From contig NC_043006.1 of NCBI RefSeq assembly GCF_006345805.1, positions 52,824,001 to 52,888,000 on the forward strand: a stretch of 64,000 nt of DNA. The letters are read 5' to 3'. Every line of letters starts with the position of its first letter. Within the stretch, counting starts at the first letter, position 1. The translations under genes and the position numbers were made by a program. This stretch comes from Octopus sinensis (lineage: Eukaryota). This document shows, one piece after another, positions 40,026 through 52,923 of the stretch. Below the pieces are notes generated by a model. The model was not told the DNA's origin. It saw nothing but the letters and a program-made list of their open reading frames with translations, and made no database searches.

Positions 40026-40102
40026 TTTATTTGTATTCCATAATGATAAATACCTATATAATCAAGACGAGAACCATTTATTATTCGTTTTCGCATTTTA
40101 TT
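40026..40102 (-). terminator. Candidate polyadenylation signals of the VWA gene
   Basis: Three minus-strand AATAAA at 40097-40102, 40077-40082 and 40026-40031, followed by GT-rich sequence, ending about 1.5 kb of repeat-free AT-rich DNA after the stop codon. Confidence 0.45.
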
Positions 40103-41554
40103 ATCAAATTGGTATCAAATATAAATTACAGAAAATACTAGTTTACTCGAAATTGTTTTACAAAATGAATGGGATTTGGAGTAAAATTAGTAAGTATGTA
40201 TTGGTACTTTTGTATTCTTTTAGTTTAGTCTCTTTTCACCATCGCTCGTCTCAGTCCTCAGTCTATCACAAATGGTGGGGAAAAAAAACACCGTTTCTCC
40301 AACTAACTTTCCAGAAGCTGACAAAAGGTAATTTGCTAATGAAAAAACGATCTGAAGTAACTCAAGATAACATATTTCTGGTTATATATTTTCGTAACTT
40401 CAACAATAAGTTTTTTGAATTTTAATGTCTCTACTGCATATATTAACAAATCGTTTTTCATTGTTGTTCATATTTCTTTCTTTTTCTCTTTCATTTTTCT
40501 TTGAACATTTTATATTGTACACCTGGGTGAAATGATTTCTTACAGAAGAACGTCACCTCAGTCAGGGAAAAGATAACAAACATCCAAACCACAATTTAAG
40601 CGTTGGCGTCACAATTTTCTGTGGAGAGGGGACAATGGATGAAAAACATACTTGACTTGTATGTATTTTATTGACTTCGGAAGGATGAAATGCAAAACCG
40701 ACTTCATGGGTTCGAACACAAAGTGAAAAAGAACTCAACAAAATACCATCTACCAGAAAGTATTTTGTCAGATTCTTTAAGCATTGCGGCAGTCAACTGC
40801 AGATTCCATAATGTTACAATCCTAAATTCCAGTCAAAGCTAAAATGTTAACAATAATATGTAAGATATTGTGATGGTAGTACAATGATAAATTAGTTACT
40901 ATTAACTTCCTTATTCTTTGTTAAAACTTTATGAAAATGCCTTCCTGTCACGAATGAATGGTAATTTAAATCACAGAAGTGTTATAGTATATTTGTTATC
41001 TCTTCAATATTCACCACTTTTTTCCAGAAAATATGAGAGAAAAATATAACAGAACAGAAAAATAATGTTTGAGTTATTCTGTTGCAATATCGCGGAATGT
41101 AATAGTAGTTGTATTGACTTTTGAATACTTTCACCTTTTGCAGCATTCATTTTTAGTTTTTCAATGTAAATTTCACATCGTGATTAAATGTATTTCCAAA
41201 TACGATACACTTCAGCGATGTTTTTTTGGATTTGGGGTTGGAGAATAAATAATCAATAATTATGCTACAAACTCTTTAAAAGAATGTCAACACTTTTTCG
41301 GTAACTACTCCATCTAGACAATCTCTTTTTGTATTTCTGACAAACGTTTCAGTGAAATTGGGTGCTAAATATTTTCAGGCTTTTCAAACCCTTAAACGAA
41401 TTTAGTATCAAATATTCAAAACTTTCACTCAAGTTTCACTTCGGTTTCTTATAAACATAATAACTGCGAAAGCTATCTAAATTTATGGAACTGTCACGTT
41501 TGCGTGTGAAATCAAATAATACCTTATTGTACTTAAAATCTGAAGTATTTTGTT

Positions 41555-42147
41555 TTAATCCCATTCTCCTACTTTTGTTATGGAAAGTGTGCAAACTTTT
41601 TGAGAGAGTTTTGTTTTAATCGTTGTCAAAGCATCGTAGCTGTCAACCTGGAAGACAAATTGACGTTCACTTGCAATGCTATTTAGTTCTATTGGGTCAA
41701 CACGGCGACCGACACCGATTGCAAATACTATTGCTTTTGTATCATGTAGCTTTTTTGCTTGGTTTACAGTTTCTGTTGGTATAGTTGATTTGCCATCTGT
41801 TATAACAATAACAATGTGTGAAGCTTTAATTCTTCCGCCGTATCGAGGTGAGAAGCTGTGTTCTCTTATCATTCGTAATCCGTCAGATGTGTACGTGTCT
41901 CCATACATTCGATCGATATGTTTAATGGCGCTTAATACTTCCGTTTTACTCAAATGGTCTCGCAGCCAAAATTGTGTCTTTGGCCGAGAACTAAATGTCA
42001 CCACGCTTATTTGTGATTTCTTTGGACCGATAGTGATATCTTTCACAAACTCAGACAAGAATGTGAGTTGTTTTTGATAATCGTTGTCCCATATACTGGT
42101 GGAATCGTCCAACAGAAATACAATGTCAGCAGGCCAAATATCACAAA
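41555..42147 (-). CDS. Secreted tandem-VWA protein, last coding exon (VWA domain 2)
   Basis: Acceptor tcttattttgcag at 42148; phase 1; CDIWPADIVFLLDDSTS (DxSxS), GDTYT, VIVITDG (intact MIDAS); closing Cys KVC; TAA at 41555-41557. Confidence 0.93.
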
Positions 42148-42289
42148 CTGCAAAATAAGAAAAAATATTGTTTAAAGATAAATTACATTCATAACAAAAG
42201 TAGTTTCAATTACAAATACATTTGCTTAAATTATGCGTATATTTGTATGTATTAACACACACACACACACACACACATACACATAAATA

Positions 42290-42594
42290 TCACCGTGATC
42301 GACCAGGCTATCAGATATTGCTACACATCGCTGGTCACAATGCACTTTGCATTGTTTTAGCCTTCAAATGACGCCACCCCGCTGGTTAAGCGAGAAGGCC
42401 AACAGAAGAAAGAAAGAGTGAGAGAAAGTTGTGGCGAAAGAGTACAACAGGGATCGCACCACCCCCTTCCGGAGTATTGTGGAGCTTTAGGTGTTTTCGC
42501 TCAATAAACACTCACAACGCCCGGTCTGGAAATCGAAACCGCGATACTACAACCGCGAGTCCGCTGCCCTAACTACTGGGTCATTGCGCCTCCA
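42290..42594 (-). mobile_element. tRNA-derived SINE family C
   Basis: Reverse complement of the 22190 copy, near full length. Confidence 0.9.
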
Positions 42595-42624
42595 TATATA
42601 TATATATATATATATATATACGTC

Positions 42625-43010
42625 TGCATGCCAGGGTTTACCCCTACATCTGTGAAGTTACTGGAGTATGTGGTCAATCCCTGGCTAGAGAAGGTTGCTA
42701 CTGTAAGGCCGTATGTGAGGCAGCAGATTGGCTCTTTGCAACACATCCGGAAAGAGTCAGAAGTAGTTGATGGAAAACGGGTACGACTTCACGTGCTCCA
42801 CTTTCTTCTCCTAATTCCCCCGATTTTAATTTCATGAAATACTATGTTTGAGGCACGGTTGAGAGAGATACCAACCGCTCATCCTGCCTCACTCAGGTCA
42901 AGCTGGTAGCTAAAATCAAGCTGTTCGAAGACCTTCCCGAGGAAACAGAGGAACGGCCATATTGAGGCCGCGGTGGAGGCTGAGGGTAGCTACTTTGAGT
43001 AAACTGTTAT
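42625..43010 (+). mobile_element. Tc1/mariner (maT/DD37D-like) transposase C-terminal remnant
   Basis: LEYVVNPWLEKVATVRPYVRQQ (cf. V.PW....GRPYVWQQDSAP) and a decayed SPDxNPxDYYVW motif near 42805-42850. Confidence 0.7.
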
Positions 43011-43133
43011 CTCCCAGCCAGTTCATATTTGATTTTTAAAAATATTTTCATATTGTATTTTCTTTACCTTTTATACAAACGGTCACATTTAGCCCGAACG
43101 CCCTCTGTGCGTGTAAGTGTGTGTTTGTGTGTG

Positions 43134-43168
<35 letters not shown>

Positions 43169-43201
43169 GTAGATAGGTAGGTAGGTAGGTAGGTAGGTAG
43201 G

Positions 43202-43234
<33 letters not shown>

Positions 43235-43655
43235 GTGAGGGATAAAATAAAGACCATAAGTTAAAACTGAAATACTTTGTTTGAAAGAAACATGCATTTT
43301 AGCCAGTTCAAACACAAATTGGATATACATTGAATTCCTTTTTTTTCATAATAGTTGAGACTATTAAAATGTGTCTAAAATTCAGTGACCGACAAATGTT
43401 TTTTTTTACTATGAACAAATTAATGAAAAGTTAGTATAGTAATTTCTGTTTTAAACAGCTAAATTTATTCTTCCACGATGTAATTGCTTTTATATACATA
43501 ATAATAACTGGATATTGCCCCCAACTTTGGTAGTCACAAACTGTATGAAACGCGATTACCCCAAGAAGAAAGCGTCTGTGCATTACATGAACCGAGATAG
43601 AAGCTAAAAGTGATAATTTACATTCGAAGGATATTTGTTCTCAACTTGTTTGTTG

Positions 43656-43703
43656 TTAATACAACGTTTCAGCTGATATACCCTCCAACCTTCTTCAGGT
43701 GCC
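43656..43703 (-). ncRNA. Minimal type I hammerhead motif in PLE terminal repeat
   Basis: RNA: GGCAC CUGAAGA A GGUUG GAGGGUAUAU CAGCU GAAA CGUU GUAUU. Helix II 5 bp with wobbles, palindromic helix III ACGU, helix I partly mismatched. Confidence 0.55.
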
Positions 43704-43740
43704 TTGGGAAAATTTCGAACCTGTTGTTATTATTATTACT

Positions 43741-43802
43741 CAGGCCACTGCTTGGAATCGAACTCGGAATAGTAGCCCGCGCTCTTAACCACTACGCCAT
43801 AT
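43741..43802 (-). promoter_or_regulatory. tRNA-derived Pol III type-2 promoter-like head (not a tRNA gene)
   Basis: A box TGGCGTAGTGG and B box GAGTTCGATTCC with a shortened spacer, followed by (AAT)n; no complete cloverleaf. Confidence 0.65.
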
Positions 43803-43873
43803 GTTCGTGAGCAATTATGGAATGAATATTAGGGCTTATAAATCTAATATTTTTCTATCCTTCCTTAATACCT

Positions 43874-44106
43874 ATTTCTTTATTACCCACAAGGGGCTAA
43901 ACACAGAGGGGACAAACAAGGACAGACATAGGTATTAAGTCGATTACATCGACCCCAGTGCGTAACTGGTACTTAATTTATCGACCCCGAAAGGATGAAA
44001 GGCAAAGTCGACCTCGGCGGAATTTGAACTCACAACGTAACGCAGACGAAATACCACTAAGCATTGCGCCCGGTGTGCTAACGATTCTGCCAGCTCACCG
44101 CCTTAC
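43874..44106 (-). mobile_element. SINE family B, intact insertion with 16-bp TSD
   Basis: TCCTTCCTTAATACCT at 43858-43873 and 44107-44122; full head and 3' tail ..CCCCTTGTGGGTAATAAAGAAA. Confidence 0.93.
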
Positions 44107-45462
44107 TCCTTCCTTAATACCTGTTCCCATATGCTGCTCATATCTGCACTCGGTCTGCTTAGGAGGTTGTTGTGTCCTAGCATATGTGCTGCTTCTTTTA
44201 GTTTTCGTATTTTCCAGTGGTGTTTTCTGTCTATTATTTTAACTTCATCCCACAGGGGTAGGTGGTCTCCATTTTTGCATACATGACCAGCCAAAACATT
44301 GTGTTAACAACAAACAAGATGAGGACAAATATCCGTCGAATGTAAATAATGTACATAATTCCTCATCTCTTAAATATAGAACTAAAAGTGATAAAACCCT
44401 ACTTTCCACAGCGAAAAAGAAAAGATATCTCATAATATTTTAGGGCGGGGTTCAACTTAGTTACTTCTTGAGAGTTTATCTCATGTATAAATACATGCCG
44501 CTGGAATATTAAAATGTATTGAATACATAAATAACACATTTTTTAGATTCCTTTTATTTTTTGTTTCACACTATTAATAAGGTTGCCTGGATGCAATAGA
44601 GTAGACACTATCAAAGGTCAGCTGGTGATGTTAAACCGTGTGATGGTTTACGTCCGCTTCTTAAAAACACAAATAGCCTCTCTGACCAGTTTTATCAACC
44701 TAAGTCTATAATAGAAGACACTCGCCTAAAGTACCACGCATTGGGATTGAACCTGAATCCATGAGGTTGCTACGAGAGCTTCTTAACGACAGTCATGCCT
44801 ACACCCATTTATAATCTTTTATCAATACACTTAATGAATGTTCTATATTCTACAGAAGATAATCTAATGGGATCCACCCTAGAAAAAATCTAATTTTCTT
44901 ATCTCACCACAGCAGTAATTCAGTAAACTTCAGATTTAATGACAATTTACTAAGTTTTTGTGTATCTTCAATTGAGTCAGCTTAATGAAGCTACAAAACT
45001 TGTTATTTAGCTTCATAACTTCTGACTGAAGGAGTTTTGAACAACCAAACAAGAAGAAATCAGAGATTAATGTTTCTGCTTCTAATTTTTCCAAAACACT
45101 TAATACTCCATGGTCTAAATCACGTAGATATAAGTAGACGATCACAGAGCGGTGTAATACACCTATATAAATATATATACAGGTGCCAGAGGATGTTGTA
45201 ATTAACCTCTTAGCATGAGACATATCTTCACTATCAAACTCTGTAAATAATTATAAACTTTAAGCTTCTAAACGTTCACAGTGTATTGGCTATAAAAGGT
45301 AGTCTGTATACCCCAAATATTAAACTATATTCTATAGTAAATACACGGTTAACGCTTATCCCTTAAAGCTTATAATTATTATTTACAGAATACATATATA
45401 TATATATATATATATTATCTGCTCTGCAAAACTCCAACATATTCTCTCTCTCTCTCTCTCCG

Positions 45463-45496
<34 letters not shown>

Positions 45497-45504
45497 CACA
45501 CACA

Positions 45505-45805
45505 AAATATGGAGGTTTAGTTCACAGGTGATCGAAACAACGAGGCACCCTGGATAAGTGCTACAACGGATTACCAGGACTCCAAGGTCATAGCCGAGAC
45601 GGGAGTTATGGAACTATTGTAGATTTCCCATTTGCCAGATTTATAATTGCTAAAGAGGACAACAAACGTTGTCTTACAGCTGTTTCTGGTATGTCCGTGA
45701 GATATTCCAGAAACACCGGTAAGACTTTGACTTTTCCAATAATAATAACGTATATGAATTGAGATGCTTGTCTTGCCTAAACGTTTCTTGTCTTCTTTAA
45801 CAATT
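45505..45805. repeat. Short PLE-derived fold-back unit, paralog of 46355-47001
   Basis: GTTTAGTTCACAGGTGAT..AACGGATTAC..ATAGCCGA..AATTGyTAAAGAGGACAACAAACG shared with the second unit; inverted ends at 45645 and 45805. Confidence 0.7.
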
Positions 45806-45822
45806 ATATATATATTATATAT

Positions 45823-45872
<50 letters not shown>

Positions 45873-46146
45873 ATACATACATACATTCGATTTGAGGTTG
45901 TGCTAACCTCATGAAGAGTTTGCAAAAATGAATCCATAAACGCATATAAAATTTCGAATGGTATATTATTTTCCCTCTGAAGATATGCTCAGGCCATATG
46001 AATTTAATATTTACTGAATATTTAATGAGTATTAATTGAAACAGCTGTAAGGGATGATTATTAATTTGTTGTTAAAAATAAACAATTATTAACTTCCCAA
46101 CTTCCATTTTCCTTTCTTCTTTTATATATATGTATATATATATATA

Positions 46147-46177
<31 letters not shown>

Positions 46178-46282
46178 TGCTTATTTCTAGCAATAGTGGT
46201 GCTGACCTGCACCCTCCGTCACTTTAGTGACGACTGTACTTGTTGCCTGTCGGTTGTAAATTGCGAATAGCCACATTAATAA

Positions 46283-46350
<68 letters not shown>

Positions 46351-46354
46351 AGTT

Positions 46355-46994
46355 ATGGGAGTTTAGTTCACAGGTGATTAAACGATTACGTACGCTAGGT
46401 TAATACTGTAACGGATTACTAGGGTTCCAATGTTATAGCCGAAACGGTAGTTATGGAGCCATTGCAAATTTCCGATGCAGCAGATTCATAATTGTTAAAG
46501 AGGACAACAAACGTTAAGGCAAGACAAACATCTCAAGTCGTATACATTATTGTCATTGGAAAAAATTCAAAGTCTTACAGCTGTTTCTGGGACATTACCG
46601 AGTATGGGATATTCCGTCATCAGAGACAAATAGGGGAAAATAGGGAAATTTAAAAGGGTATATATTGATGGAATGGCGACATAGAGGAAGGGAGTAAAGG
46701 AATAAGGGGATGAAGAGAGAGATGTTTACAATATCAGGATTTTTACCTACATGGATCTATGCAGGAATTTGAACATCGGAAAGTTGTACTATTTTCTTCT
46801 CTCTTTATTCCTTTACTTCTTTCCTCTATATTGTCATTCCATTAATATATACCCTTCTCATTTTCTCTATTTTTCTCTATTTGTCTCTGATGACGGAATA
46901 TCCCAGAAACAGCTGTAAGACTGAATTTTTTTCAATAATAATTATGTATATGACGTGAGATGTTTGCCTTGCCTTGACGTTTGTTGTCCTCTTT

Positions 46995-47001
<7 letters not shown>
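46355..47001. repeat. PLE-derived fold-back: 512-bp imperfect palindrome 46490-47001
   Basis: Arms pair from AATTGTTAAAGAGGACAACAAACG / CGTTTGTTGTCCTCTTTAACAATT inward to a spacer of about 70 bp near 46720-46790. Confidence 0.88.
46883..46921 (+). ncRNA. Minimal type I hammerhead motif, with mirror copy on the minus strand at about 46572-46627
   Basis: RNA: GUCU CUGAUGA CGGAAUAUCCCA GAAA CAGCUG UA AGAC. Helix I 4 bp, palindromic helix III ACAGCUGU, GUA site; helix II weak (C-A closing pair). Confidence 0.55.
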
Positions 47002-47043
<42 letters not shown>

Positions 47044-47271
47044 CCAAGAAAGTGATGGTATAGTCGTGGCTTGAATGCTTCTGAACATAAATACTCTCAT
47101 GAGATGTCACGCGGGTTTAAACAAGAGCAGCAAAATTTATAGAAATTATCTCTCTCATTCTTTCCAGAGTTCTATAATGTCCACACCCATACATAGGAGC
47201 CAATCCTTGCTAGACTAATCAAAGACTAATCATAAGGTTTTTACTAACAAAATTTAAGATTAGTCACTTAC

Positions 47272-47838
47272 CTGAGCGACATACATTTCTTCGAACATCA
47301 TTTTGGATCTTTTTCAATGAATGGGAATTCGGTACATGAAATATGAAAGTACTCTTTGAGGCTAAATTTACTAGTTCGTCATGATTTAACTGATTCCCAA
47401 TTCCAATAGCGTATGTTCGTATTTTTCGTGATTTCATCAATCTTGCAGACCGTATTGTCTTATATCTCTCGTTAGAGCCTCCATCTGTTATTACGATTAA
47501 GATTTTAGGAACACCCGGCCGGCTTCCAAATTTTGGTGAAAAGGAGTATTTACGTATATAATCTAATGCCGTCCATGTATGAGTCCGTCCACCACGATAG
47601 CGTGTTCTGCTAATGGCAGCCATCACATCTCGCTTGGTGCGATAATCTTTTAAAAAGAATTCCGTTCTGGGATAAGTTGAGAATGTCACTAAACTAACTC
47701 TTACGACACTTCGTGAAACATCAGCTTCAGATACGAAATTCCTCATAAAGTTTAATTGTTCATAAAATTCATCTCTTCTGAGGCTTCCTGAGCAGTCTAA
47801 CAAAAATACCACGTCTGCAGGATGACTACAGGATGTTT
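47272..47838 (-). CDS. Secreted tandem-VWA protein, exon encoding VWA domain 1
   Basis: Acceptor tttcttttccag, donor G/gtaagt; 567 nt symmetric phase 1-1; SCSHPADVVFLLDCSGS, GGRTHT, LIVITDG (intact MIDAS); closing Cys NVC. Confidence 0.94.
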
Positions 47839-48424
47839 CTGGAAAAGAAATACGTATTTCATTGTATCAAATAAAACTTACTAGACGAAAATAAATTACA
47901 ATGAATTTATTTTATGCATCAAACGAGCCGAAAGTAATTAACTTAATATTACACGTCACTAAATTTCAGGAACCCAAATATTTGTCCGTGGTGGCAAATG
48001 TCATTTGAGTGGAATGCTACGTATATATATATATATATGTTTATATGCTTACATGTGCATCCGAATATGTATCTCAATGAATGTATATGTGTGCATGTGC
48101 TTGTACGTTTGCGTGTGTGTGTTTGCGTGTGTGTGTGTGTGTATGTGTATCTGTGTGTATGTGTGTCTGTGTGTATGAGTTCCCTTTTATCTTAATCATT
48201 TAAAATCTTCCCGTGAGGAAGGAGCTGGTTTCTAACAAAGATACAAAGCTCCATTGTTGGGCTGTAAATAACAAAAACAATTTCCTAAGTTGAACTTAAG
48301 AAAAGTCTTGTATATTTTTACAAATTGTAATGTTCTTCTCATCTGGCTGAATTATTTTTTTCTGAAAACTCTAGCTTCTCCATATTGTCACTTAGGTATT
48401 TACAAACAAAACCAATTACACCTG

Positions 48425-48940
<516 letters not shown>

Positions 48941-49149
48941 AGTTTATAGTTTGAGTTTAAGATCTGAAGGTTTCGAAGCAGTTGTCTGTAGTTACTGCTG
49001 TCTCTTTGATTTTGGCAGGACAATGACCTCAATGATGATACACACTTTTTCTTGTTTGTGCCAAGAAAGGCTCTCTTCGGCATGTTGCGTTTGCATTTGG
49101 CAGAGGTTTACGTTAGTGTATGTGTTTAATAACAAGATCCTCTATATTT

Positions 49150-50040
49150 ATCCTAAGACTCTTCGTTTCGGATGGCATTGTATATTACTCTGTGTCATGT
49201 CGCGTTATATTGATATTTTGGACACCCACTGACCACATGTATCATGTCTTCCACAGAAATGTGGCATCGATATTTTTGGCTGCATCCTGAAACTCCAAAG
49301 GATTGACTGTCTCTTTTGTTGATTAAGTATTTTGTGGCAATCTTGGACCACAAAGATATATACTTTCGAAGATTGATGTGATGTAGTGGCCACGTGTCCA
49401 AGAAAGGCTTCGCTTCATACTGATATTAGTGTCATCTATAAGTATTCGGGAAACATACCCATGTACAGGTCATCCAACAAAGAAATTGTGAATTACATTG
49501 GTACCTCTAGCAGTTGTAGGCCCTAGCATGTATCAATTGGATGTTTGTTAAAGAATTGCTAACAGATTTGATATCAAAATAAACAACATTGCAAAAAGTC
49601 CTTGGAATATTTTCACTGAAATATTTATAATACCAGTGGTAAAATAGGAGGATTGATGCCTAGGTCTTTGTGAGTACGTGTTTTTGCCAAGTGCAGAGGC
49701 TCCAGGACCTATAATCGCCCTATACTGTCAATGTCTCTCTGGCAGTTTTGTTTATTAAATGTTAGGCACATCTACATGCCCCCTTCTGTCTATTTGCTCA
49801 TCAGTCACTATGTTGATGGACTTTAAAAGATCTTAAAGGAATTGGTTGAGATAGTTTGTATAAAGTTTGTACATAATATTTAGGTAAGCAGTGGACCTAT
49901 AATTTTCGGACAGTTCAGTAGTTTCATTTTTGGCTACAAGTTTTTTTTCCGTGATATAGCAAGACAATTTGATATGTCAGTCTGGCTTTCTATAGTTCTT
50001 TTGAATATACGTATTACTCTGAATATGAATATTAATATGT
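49150..50040 (-). mobile_element. Remnant of RLE-type (R4/Dong/CRE-like) LINE
   Basis: ORF 49195-49401 contains IATKYLINKR..KYRCHISVEDMIHVVSGCPK, resembling the CxxC..HxxxxC knuckle preceding RLE domains. Confidence 0.55.
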
Positions 50041-50043
50041 ACG

Positions 50044-50153
50044 TCATTATTCAGTTTATTTCAAGATTTCTTGCCAATGGAGAAAGAACCAGTTTCTAAC
50101 CTAGATCCAAGGCTCCTTCATTGGAATCTCAACATCAACAACAGGGTATTTTT
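50044..50153 (-). repeat. About 110-bp interspersed repeat attached to (CATA)n; other copies 54449-54556 (+) and split 39133-39204 plus 38257-38301
   Basis: AAAATACCCTGTTGTTGATGTTGAGATTCCAATGAAGGAGCCTTGGATCTAGGTTAGAAAC..TTGGCAAGAAATCTTGAAATAAACTGAATAATGA recurs. Confidence 0.85.
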
Positions 50154-50229
50154 GTATGTATGTTTGTATGTATGTATGTATGTGTATATGTATGTATGTA
50201 TGTGTGTATGTATGTAAGGGTAGGTAGTA

Positions 50230-50560
50230 CCAGCAGTTGGCGGGTGTAACCACGTTTTATAAAGTAGTGGCCCATGTAGTACGACTGGGCGTCAAAGTTC
50301 GAGTTTCGGTTTGAGACAGCAGAGGAAATGGGTGTAGAAAACAGTAGAAATGATGAAAGTTAGAAGGAACAAGAGAGTCAGTGTGCTTGTAAAAGATAGA
50401 GGTGGGTAAGTTAGTGTGGTCGATATAAACAGAGATATTTAGAAAGTTAACTGGAAGAGTAGAATTAGTGGATGTGAAATCTATCACTGAGTGAAAGGAG
50501 CGGACGAACGTGATGAAGAAATTGAGTTGTTCGCGGGTAAAGGTAAGTGATATGGGTACA
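50230..50560 (-). mobile_element. Penelope-like RT C-terminal remnant
   Basis: ORF 50257-50487 contains VNFLNISVYID..TSIFYKHTDS (cf. FLDISV..TSIxYKPTDS). Confidence 0.7.
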
Positions 50561-50824
50561 CTGGTTTCTAACGATATTGGTTGTTGTGATCTATTACAGA
50601 CCTCACTTAACGCCTTAACTGTTTCAAAGTCGCTGTAAGATCACAGCCTACCACAGCTTTTCTTAATGCTCCTGTTGCTGTGGTTGTTGCTGTTGTTGTT
50701 GTTCTTCTTCTTCTTCCAATCTGGACTCATGCCATTAGCCACAAAGAATAATCTCTAGTGTCTGAAAATTTACCACACCATAGTGGGTTACACTATGGTT
50801 CCTCTGCTTTGTGGCAGAATTAGG

Positions 50825-51055
50825 AAGAAAGAGTGAGAGAAAGTTGTGGTGAAAGAGTACAGCGGGGGTGAGTGAACCCCGCTGTACTCTTTCACCACAA
50901 CTTTCAGAGTACAGCGGGGTTCACCCACCCCGCCGGAGGCTTGTGGAACTTAGGTGTTTTTGCTCAATAAACACTCACAATGCCCGATTTGGGAATCGAA
51001 ACCGCGTTCTTACGACCGCGAGTCCGCTGCCCTAACCACTGGGCCATTGCGCCTA
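50825..51055 (-). mobile_element. SINE family C with internal inverted triplication
   Basis: Head AGGCGCAATGGCCCAGTGG; perfect 29-bp hairpin 50839-50867 / 50877-50905. Confidence 0.88.
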
Positions 51056-52881
51056 CACTGTTGTCGTCGCCGTGTAGATGTAAGATAGCTCTAACCGATC
51101 AGACGCAGATAATCGCTCGAACAGTGAAGTGTGACGTCGTTTCCACAGATGTATCTTCCCAGTCATTCTATCTCTCTGTTTAGCTAAGTATCATACTACA
51201 CACCCCAGTATGTAGGGAGGAATTATAAGGGATCAGCGTGACACTTTTAACTTACTGTACACTTTCCATTGTCCAACCTATTTCTATTCAACCTCAGATT
51301 TCGCACAATCTAAATACACTGTCTAATTCTGTATTTCCAAAGATTCTGGTGGCGAGCAGAGCGCAGGCAGACAAAGGGAACTCGATCTCAATATGACTGT
51401 TGTCATTCCTCTGGACATATCGTTGTGTAGTGCACCCAGCACAGCATATGAGGTCAGTGAAGCTATTGATGCTCCAGTTATTTCTATCTGTGTGTCTTCT
51501 ATGCAGTGTAGGGAACATTGTGGTTTTAGAATGTTGTAGTAATATTCGAGAGTATCTAGAGTATTGTATGTTTATATGTCGGGAGGTGGCTTTTGTTTTC
51601 GTTTTTCATATAATAGCAGTCACAGTGGAGATTGAAGCTTGATGTAGCATCAAATTGTGTCACTCACATGTTCAGGTGTTCTATGTTTAGTATTTTGTTT
51701 TCTATAGAAAGTGGTCCATGTGTGAACATCATATTATAATTCGTAGGGTGTTATTTTGCGTCCTGAATTTATTATGGTTTATTGTTGAGAAATCAGTGGC
51801 ACAAATATGACTATCAAAATTGACGGCAGGTGTGATGTAGTTTTCGTACAGCACAACACAGTTGTCATTTCTACGCAACGGTTTGCTTTTCTATGTGATT
51901 TTTATGTAACTCGTCTGATGTGATCTACAACAGAGCTTCTCTAAAGCGTAAGTATTTACCCTATGTTCTTGCTTTACTAAACATTAATTGTTAAATGAAG
52001 ATGGGGAAGTAGCGTTATTTATCTTGTCAAAGAATGTAATGAAATAATGCAATAAATTAAAGTATCTTCTCCAAGCTCTCGATATTTGATACCTAACCGA
52101 ACTGCAATCTACTTTGATTCTATCTGTTTCAATGGCACTTAGTACATTACAGGTTTAAGTAGGATCTAGTTCATTGAAGGTATCTATTTCAATGAAGTAT
52201 GTTTTAATAAAAAAAAAATAGAGAGTGAGAAGAGTTTTGACCTTGGTCAAAATTCTCGGAAGAGGACAAACCCATTAAATCATTCTGAATACTTGACAGG
52301 TTCGTTGACTCCGGAAGATTGAAAGACAAAACTGACGATGGCTGAATTTGAACACAAGACATCAATATTAAATACTGCAAAGCAGTTGTGTCCGACGCTC
52401 AACATCTCTGTCACTTCACCCGCCTTGTAGGGTTAATTATCTATAACTATTTAGCTGCCAATATTATATCTAATTGGACATATTTTAATCAAGAACAATA
52501 ATTTGCGAGAAATGATAGAGCGTCAAATTTAATGTCTCACAATATTTAGGCATATTTTTGACATTCTGCGTTCAAATCTCACAGGAATTGGTTTTGCTTG
52601 TCAGCTATCAGTAAAAAAAAACCCAGTAGATTTACGAAAGAACTATGTGTCAAGAAAAATTATAATTATTACTATTAAAAGTCTAAGATTGTTTATAAAT
52701 TTAAGTAGAAACTAACTACAAATAGATTAAGTGACTGAAAAATATTCACCTGCTCATTTTGAAAACCATTTACAAGTCTATTACTAATGATGAAGAAACA
52801 AAAACTAGGGCAATGTTACGATAGGCATTATTTTTAGAATCGCATGCATCCCCACAGAAAATATCATATCGCTTTACTCAC

Positions 52882-52923
52882 CATGTAGCCTGTTGTAACC
52901 GCACCGTACAAGCGGCAAAATCA
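52882..52923 (-). CDS. Secreted tandem-VWA protein, 42-nt exon (signal peptide end and mature N-terminus)
   Basis: Acceptor tttatatcttttcag, donor G/gtgagt; phase 1-1; encodes xILPLVRCGYNRLH and joins in frame to E-TSCSHPADVVF. Confidence 0.75.

Larger units (their letters stand above)
43590..44420 (-). mobile_element. 5'-truncated Penelope-like element with inverted terminal repeat, interrupted by a SINE
   Basis: ORF 44103-44294 contains HLPLWDEVKIIDRKHHWKIRKLKEAAHM (PLE endonuclease C-terminus); 43615-43670 is an inverted homolog of 44290-44345. Confidence 0.85.

Noticed and set aside
41567-41572. Possible donor AAA/gtagga extending the VWA gene to further exons
   Set aside because: It is phase 0 unlike the other junctions; an in-frame stop follows five codons later, a UTR-like tract with AATAAA lies downstream, and no further exon was found. 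Not formally excluded.
41676-42077. 133-aa plus-strand ORF
   Set aside because: Antisense shadow of the VWA2 exon.
51100-51650. Short ORFs on both strands within VWA intron 2
   Set aside because: No splice sites in compatible phase; only faint resemblance to a LINE endonuclease.
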